A DNA stretch of 64,000 bases from Bacteroides sp. (lineage in GTDB: Bacteria; Bacteroidota; Bacteroidia; Bacteroidales; Muribaculaceae): positions 25,856 to 89,855 of the forward strand of contig JAAVDB010000001.1 in the NCBI GenBank assembly GCA_014802015.1. Reading direction: 5' to 3'. Under the pieces are notes generated by a model. It saw nothing but the letters and a program-made list of their open reading frames with translations, searched no databases and had not been told where the DNA came from. The translations under genes were made by a program, and so were the position numbers. Every line of letters begins with the position of its first letter. Within the stretch, counting starts at the first letter, position 1. Below, in pieces: positions 58,304-64,000 of this stretch.

Positions 58304-61300
58304 TTACTGCTTCTGATTCTTGATGTCTTGCAGCAGGGTCTTGACGGCTGTAATAAGCTGGTCGTCACGACCATTGGAGATGTCGGCAGGATTATTGGCC
58401 ACCTTGACGTCAGGTTCGAGCTGAGTGTTCTCAAGCAGGTTGCCTTCAGCGGTACGGAATCCCACTACAGGCACGCCGAAGTAGAGCGACGGATCCTGGA
58501 GCGTAATCCAGTTGACCGAGCTCATGGTGCCCGGAACCGGCATACCTACGATCTTACCGAGTTTATTGTGCTTGTACATCCATGGGGTGCCGTGAGCGTT
58601 GGAGTAGTTTGCCTCGCATGTTATCATTATCGAGGGGCGGAGCCAGCGCTTCGAGGGCATCTCGCCGCTCTTTACACCCTGTATCTCCTGAGTGAGATAT
58701 TTCTTGCCGCTGAACAGTATCTCAAGATCCTCATGCAGACGTCCGCCGCCGTTGTAGCGGGTGTCGATGACGATACCGTCACGTTCGGCGTAACGGCCGA
58801 GCACATCGGCATAGATCTCACGGTAAGAATCATCGTTCATGGCCTGGATATGGACGTATCCGAGTCGGCCTCCTGACAGAGAATCGACCAGATGGCGGTT
58901 GCGCTCAACCCAACGGTCATACATCATGGCGTTGGCTGCGGCCGGAGTGACGGGCAGCACGACCTCCTCGACTTTCTCGCCTGAGGGGAGTGTGAACTCC
59001 ACGAGGGTCTTGACCTTGACACGGTTGTTGAGTATGGCCATAGGGTCGGATTTGTCAGAGAGTTTCTGTCCGTCGATAGCGGTGATTACCGCTCCGGGGG
59101 CCATCTTGCTGCTGACACGGCCAAAGGGGCCGTTCTTGAGGATTTCAGCCACGCGGAGACCGTCGCCGTCATAGTTGAGGTCGTAGATCAGACCGAGTGA
59201 TGCGGTCGGATCAGTCTGACCCGTGCCACGGTATCGGCATCCTGTGTGGCTGACGTTGAGCTCACCGAGCAGTTCCGAGGCCAGTTCGGCAAAATCATAG
59301 TTGTTATTGATGTGGGGGAGGAATTTGCGCGAGTTCTTGCCCAGACCTTTCCAGTCAGTGCCGAACATGTCCTTGACAAGGAAGCGCTCGGCCTCAGTGT
59401 CGACGATGTAGTCATACATGTATTCACGCTCCTCGCTGCGGTTGATGTCCTGTGTGATGTCGAACGTAATGTTGTCCTCCTTGCCTCCGGGGATAGCCAG
59501 CTTGCTCATGCGCTGGCCCAGAAGGAACAGGTTGCGGCCCGAAGCGTCCGGGATGAGGCTGACATTGCGGCCCAACTTCTTGAAGAGTGATGTCCCGCCT
59601 TTGCGCATGCTCTTTTTCCAGAGGTCATAACTGTTCTCGACATCGGCCACGTAATAGAGGTTCTCACCATTGTTGTCAACGTAAATGTCGCCGAGGTTGG
59701 CCGAGAAGGGGGTGAGGCGTACTATGCGGTCATGTATGCCTTCGGTCTCGACATTGATGCTCTTGTCCTCCTTCTTGGGGGAGTCTTTCGTGTCGGCATC
59801 CTTTTTGTCACTTTTTTTAGCATCCTTTTTGTCACCTTTTTTGTCCGCCTTTGTGTCGTCTTTCTTGTTATTTTTCTGCGACTTTTCGGTCTCCTTGAGC
59901 AGAGCCAGATCCTCCTCCGACAGACGATAGCGATCGTAAGCGTCACGGTTGGTGAACGCTATCATCACATCCTCGGTAGTGCCCCATGAGGCATGGTTCT
60001 TCATGCCGTAGCGGTCGCTTGTGTAGATGACGGCATCGCCGTTCATCACCCAGCGGGGGTTGTAGTTGGAATATGCGTCATTGGTGATGTTGGTGAGTTC
60101 ACCTGTCTCGACATTTGCGATGGCGATGTCGAAATAAGGCGAGCGCTGATGCACGTCAACGGTGAAAGTAAGCCACTTGCTGTCGGGCGACCAGTCGAGG
60201 CTGATGCCACCGTCGCGTTCGTTGTAGGTCTCACCGTGTGTGATGTATTTTACCTTATTGCTCTTGAGGTCGAGCACCGCTATCTTGTTGCCATCCTCGA
60301 TGTATGCCATCTTCTTGCCGTCGGGTGAGATGACAGGATTCTGGCGCGCCACCTTGTCCTTGGTGGAGAATACGGGGGTCTCCTCGATGACGGTAGCGTT
60401 TGAGAAGTTCGGATCCTCCTCACGGCCTAATGTGGCACGATAGATGCCGGGGTGGCCGTCGCGATCGGAGTTGTAATATAAGGTGCGGTTGTCGGCGCCC
60501 CATGAGGGTCTGCTCTCGCCCTGAGGTGTGAAGGTTATCTGACGGGTGGATGGATAATCCACAGATGTCACGAAGATGTTGCCGTGGTTGACAAATGCCA
60601 CCTGCTTGCCGTCGGGCGAAGGTACGCCCTGCGATGCATTCATCACGCGCTGGCGCACAGGTTCATCGTAGTCGTCGATCACGATGTCTATATTGACCTT
60701 GGCAGGCTTGCCCCCCTTGTCGCTGAGGGTGTAGATCTCGCCGTCATACCCGAATGCGAGTGTGCCGTCGGCTCCGCGTGAGAGGAAGCGGACAGGGTGG
60801 GTGGACATTTTGGTTACGGCTGTGACCTTGGTCGGGTCGGACAGGGGGAATGAATACACGTTGAACGAACCGCCGTTGCGCTCGCTGAGGAAGTAGACGG
60901 TCTGTCCGTCCCCTCCGAGCACGGGGTTGCGGGCCTCGCCGGCATGATTGGAGAGGTTGGTGTGCGAACCGGTGGCTGCGTCGTATAGCCAGATGTCACG
61001 TGTTATCGACGAAGTGTGATGTTTACGCCATTCGTCTTCCGAACCCTTGTCGTCCTGATACAGGAATGACTTGCCGTCGGGCAGGTACTGGATGTCTTGG
61101 GCGGGAGTGCCGAGTATCTGACGGGGGCGTCCGCCTTCGGCAGGCACGCTGTATAGCTGGGCCAGGCGGGCGCGGGGGAATAATACACTCGCTGCAGGAG
61201 CCTGGATGTTGGCCGAGTACAGTACCGACTTGCCATCGGGAGTGAATGCTTCAGGTATCTCGGCGGCCGAGTTGAAGGTGAGGCGCTTGGCCGCACCACC

Positions 61301-61585
61301 CTTGGCATTCATAATGAATACGTCATGTCCGCCTTCGCGGTCGCTTGCAAAGGCGATGGACTTACCGTCGGGTGACCACACGGGTGATGACTCGTATGAC
61401 GTAGTCGTGGTGAGACGGCTGGCCGTACCGCCGGTGACGGGTACGGTGTAGATGTCGCCCTTATATGTAAAGGCGATTGTCTTGCCATCAGGCGAGATTT
61501 TCACATCGCGCATCCACAGCGGCGTGACGGCATGAACCGCCAGTGCCGACCCGGCAAGCACGATTGATGTCAGGATTTTTTTCAT
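58304..61585 (-). CDS. Tricorn-like S41 peptidase (PD40 beta-propellers, PDZ, catalytic domain)
   Basis: Signal peptide, repeated (I/W)SPDGK, ELLGELNVSH, IDTRYNGGG, YSNAH, GMPVPG, EPDV.V. Confidence 0.92.
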   Translation of the reverse strand: MKKILTSIVLAGSALAVHAVTPLWMRDVKISPDGKTIAFTYKGDIYTVPVTGGTASRLTTTTSYESSPVWSPDGKSIAFASDREGGHDVFIMNAKGGAAKRLTFNSAAEIPEAFTPDGKSVLYSANIQAPAASVLFPRARLAQLYSVPAEGGRPRQILGTPAQDIQYLPDGKSFLYQDDKGSEDEWRKHHTSSITRDIWLYDAATGSHTNLSNHAGEARNPVLGGDGQTVYFLSERNGGSFNVYSFPLSDPTKVTAVTKMSTHPVRFLSRGADGTLAFGYDGEIYTLSDKGGKPAKVNIDIVIDDYDEPVRQRVMNASQGVPSPDGKQVAFVNHGNIFVTSVDYPSTRQITFTPQGESRPSWGADNRTLYYNSDRDGHPGIYRATLGREEDPNFSNATVIEETPVFSTKDKVARQNPVISPDGKKMAYIEDGNKIAVLDLKSNKVKYITHGETYNERDGGISLDWSPDSKWLTFTVDVHQRSPYFDIAIANVETGELTNITNDAYSNYNPRWVMNGDAVIYTSDRYGMKNHASWGTTEDVMIAFTNRDAYDRYRLSEEDLALLKETEKSQKNNKKDDTKADKKGDKKDAKKSDKKDADTKDSPKKEDKSINVETEGIHDRIVRLTPFSANLGDIYVDNNGENLYYVADVENSYDLWKKSMRKGGTSLFKKLGRNVSLIPDASGRNLFLLGQRMSKLAIPGGKEDNITFDITQDINRSEEREYMYDYIVDTEAERFLVKDMFGTDWKGLGKNSRKFLPHINNNYDFAELASELLGELNVSHTGCRYRGTGQTDPTASLGLIYDLNYDGDGLRVAEILKNGPFGRVSSKMAPGAVITAIDGQKLSDKSDPMAILNNRVKVKTLVEFTLPSGEKVEEVVLPVTPAAANAMMYDRWVERNRHLVDSLSGGRLGYVHIQAMNDDSYREIYADVLGRYAERDGIVIDTRYNGGGRLHEDLEILFSGKKYLTQEIQGVKSGEMPSKRWLRPSIMITCEANYSNAHGTPWMYKHNKLGKIVGMPVPGTMSSVNWITLQDPSLYFGVPVVGFRTAEGNLLENTQLEPDVKVANNPADISNGRDDQLITAVKTLLQDIKNQKQ

Positions 61586-61666
61586 TTAATTACTTATGAT
61601 AATGATTGATATTAAACATCCTCTAAACCCACTTATGACACACTGATGTATGTGTGTTGTACCGTA

Positions 61667-62587
61667 TTATTTCCCGGTCCAGAACCGCCGCTGCAGATAG
61701 TCTGACAGCCATACGCCGAGCAGAATCAACGCGCAGCCGGTGCCTCCGATCAGGGTCACTTGCTCATGCAGGATGATAAATGAGAATACAAGTGTGATTA
61801 CGGGCTGGAAATACAGGTAATTTGAGGTACGGACCGAGCCGAGTTTCTTGACCGCGATGGCCCATACGAGAAATGCCGCGAGCGAACATACCAATCCGAG
61901 AAATGCCAGATTGTAGATGACCGCGGGGATCAGTAATTTCGACACAGGTGCGATCTCCGGCTCGACTAACAGGAAGGGGATGGCGGTCACCACGCCGTAG
62001 AAGAATACCTTGCGTGTTATAAACCGTGAGTCGTATGTCACATTGAGCGGTTTGAGCAGTATGCAGTATATCGCCCAGCATAGAGCCGCGAGCAGGGCAA
62101 GCATGTCGCCGAGCGGATTGATGCTGAGATTGAAACTGCTGTTGAAGATAACGAGCCCTACACCTAAAAATGCCACCAGTGAACCTACGTAGGCGCCTTT
62201 GCCGGGACGGTCGGTCTTGTATAAGGCTCCGACTATCAGCACGGTGAGCAGCGGTGAGAGTGAGGTGATGAGCGAGACGTTGCTCACTAGGGTGTACTGC
62301 AACGCGACGTTCTCAGCGATAAAGTACACCGATCCGGCCACGATGCCGCACAGTATGAACAGCATCTCGTCCTTGATACTGTTGGCCCATAACTTGTTGT
62401 GACTCAATATGGCCATGCCTATGTAAGCGATGGTGAAGCGATAAATGTATATCTCTATCGGATGCAGTCCGTTGTCAAGCAGTACGCGGGTGCTGATGAA
62501 TGACAGACCCCAGGCTGTGACTGCGAAAAATGCTAAAACGTGATATAACCAGAGGTTACCGTTGGAGGAAACGCGTGTTGTTCCCAT
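61667..62587 (-). CDS. EamA/DMT-family transporter
   Basis: 10 TM helices in two repeats, WGLSF, YRF, LAALCWAIY, YFQPV..L....L.E. Promoter TACTTTTG at 62640-62647. Confidence 0.9.
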   Translation of the reverse strand: MGTTRVSSNGNLWLYHVLAFFAVTAWGLSFISTRVLLDNGLHPIEIYIYRFTIAYIGMAILSHNKLWANSIKDEMLFILCGIVAGSVYFIAENVALQYTLVSNVSLITSLSPLLTVLIVGALYKTDRPGKGAYVGSLVAFLGVGLVIFNSSFNLSINPLGDMLALLAALCWAIYCILLKPLNVTYDSRFITRKVFFYGVVTAIPFLLVEPEIAPVSKLLIPAVIYNLAFLGLVCSLAAFLVWAIAVKKLGSVRTSNYLYFQPVITLVFSFIILHEQVTLIGGTGCALILLGVWLSDYLQRRFWTGK

Positions 62588-62854
62588 GGCTTAGGATTTT
62601 GTTAATTTTGGGCAGGTGGACTATTGAATAATCGGTATGCAAAAGTACGATTTATTTTCTAAAATCCCAAATGGCTAAAATCCGTAATTTTTTTCGATAA
62701 TATTGGTTTTGTTTTATCGTAAAATGTTAACTTTGTGCGTAGAAAACATATTGTCAGTTTTTGTACCATGAATTGCGTTTACGGCCGGATATTGACCGTA
62801 AACGGTTTATCGGGAGTATTCAATTTCAATACCAAATTTATAATCTAATTAACC

Positions 62855-64000
62855 ATGACCTCTAAAATTTTTAGGATTGTCGTCATTCTCGCGTGCCTGA
62901 TAGGCTACAGCCATTCATGGGCACAGACGATTTATGAGAATGAGCCGGCATCGGTGATCTGGCCGTTTAACAATGTCGACGAGATCGAGTCGTACACTTC
63001 GTCACCTGACGGTGGATTCTCGATCGTCACATACAGTAGTAACGGTGCGACTTATAATAGTACAGGTACCATCGAAAAAACCGTTGACCACTATGAGACA
63101 GACGAGAACGGCAATGAAGTCGTATTTGTAAAGGTAAGGCCTGTCAACGGTAAGAGTGATGTCCTGACATGGACAGTCGCTCCGGCACGCGGACTTACAT
63201 TCACACCTACTAAGGTGTCCGGCTGGATACAGCGTTACGGTACCGATGTCGCAAACGGTGTCACTGTCACCGTATCGACCGACGAGGTTAAGAGCCTGGC
63301 ATTGGGAACGTTTACCGCGCTCAGAAATAATAAGAACCGCGAGCAGATAACTAAGGATGATAAGGATTACGATAGTAAAGGAGTCAATAAATTCGAGATA
63401 GAACTTACTGCCGAGCAGCAGAAACAGCTGTCGACAACGGGCCGGTTCTCACTCTCGGCGTCAATAGGTGTCGCTGCGGGTAAAGACGGCGCGTTCAGCG
63501 ACATACGCATTTACGGTGTCCTTAACGGTACAGCCGAGGCTGTAGCAAAACATACTCTTGCAGTCAAGAGTAACATCGATGGCGCGTGTGAGTTTGCGCT
63601 ATCACCCAAGTCTGATCAGTATGACGAGGGAACTGAGGTCAAGATTACGGCCGTCCCCAATTTCGGGTATAAGTTTATCAACTGGACCGATGCTGCGGGC
63701 AAGGTGTTGTCCGAAAAGCCGGAGTTTACATATACCGTAAATTCCGATTCTGAACTTACTGCCAACTTTGAGGCTGTCAATATTTACGAACTCGCCTATA
63801 CGGTCGAGGGCGGTGCCAACGATTATCAGGTACAGGTAGTGCCCGAGGGTACATTCGTTGATGGCAAACGTATGTATGAGGAGGGTACGAAAGTGACCCT
63901 GACAGCTTCTGCCAATGAGATTATCAAGTTTGCCAGCTGGGGTGACGGTCAGAACTCAAGCGAGATCACTGTGACGATGGATGCCGACCATACTGACATC
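62855..64000 (+). CDS. Large secreted multidomain protein (5' part; runs off the window) with InlB-B/Flg_new-like repeats
   Basis: Open frame from ATG 62855 (MTSKIFRIVVILACLIGYSHSWAQ signal peptide) to the window end. Repeats YDEGTEVKITAVPNFGYKFINW...LTANF and YEEGTKVTLTA...FASW. Promoter TAACTTTG at 62728-62735. Absent from the ORF track because there is no stop in the window. Confidence 0.8.
   Translation, partial: MTSKIFRIVVILACLIGYSHSWAQTIYENEPASVIWPFNNVDEIESYTSSPDGGFSIVTYSSNGATYNSTGTIEKTVDHYETDENGNEVVFVKVRPVNGKSDVLTWTVAPARGLTFTPTKVSGWIQRYGTDVANGVTVTVSTDEVKSLALGTFTALRNNKNREQITKDDKDYDSKGVNKFEIELTAEQQKQLSTTGRFSLSASIGVAAGKDGAFSDIRIYGVLNGTAEAVAKHTLAVKSNIDGACEFALSPKSDQYDEGTEVKITAVPNFGYKFINWTDAAGKVLSEKPEFTYTVNSDSELTANFEAVNIYELAYTVEGGANDYQVQVVPEGTFVDGKRMYEEGTKVTLTASANEIIKFASWGDGQNSSEITVTMDADHTDI

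Noticed and set aside
59760-59890. Lys/Asp-rich repeat in the S41 protease as a contingency locus
   Set aside because: It is a degenerate, in-frame low-complexity linker commonly seen in tricorn-like proteases, not a perfect slippage tract.

Overview
Chromosomal segment of a Bacteroidales bacterium. The Bacteroidetes -7 promoter motif TAnnTTTG precedes most transcription units, and the gene content suggests a gut Muribaculaceae-like organism (inference). The backbone is mostly housekeeping: dapA, dnaE-trxA, pdxB, purD, rlmL-like, cysE, speA-truA, murI, nnr, a PhoB/PhoR-like two-component system, a tricorn-like S41 protease and an EamA transporter. The standout feature is a ~17.3-kb, 18-gene co-oriented cluster in which a complete F1Fo ATP synthase operon (atpDCBEFHAG) sits inside an N-module-less complex I operon (nuoA-B-CD-H / atp / nuoI-J-K-L-M-N). 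Its NuoI carries a ~98-aa Ala/Lys-rich tail. Other candidates are: a 36-bp directly repeated site with tyrosine-recombinase/dif-like architecture that brackets an orphan HTH antitoxin and recurs 48 kb away; a 2-lipoprotein + 2-beta-barrel surface module; two tandem candidate sRNAs next to the two-component system; a GH28-sulfatase-anSME-GH28 operon; an alpha-1,3-fucosyltransferase; and an IS4-family remnant. All family assignments come from motif recognition by eye. No database searches were run.
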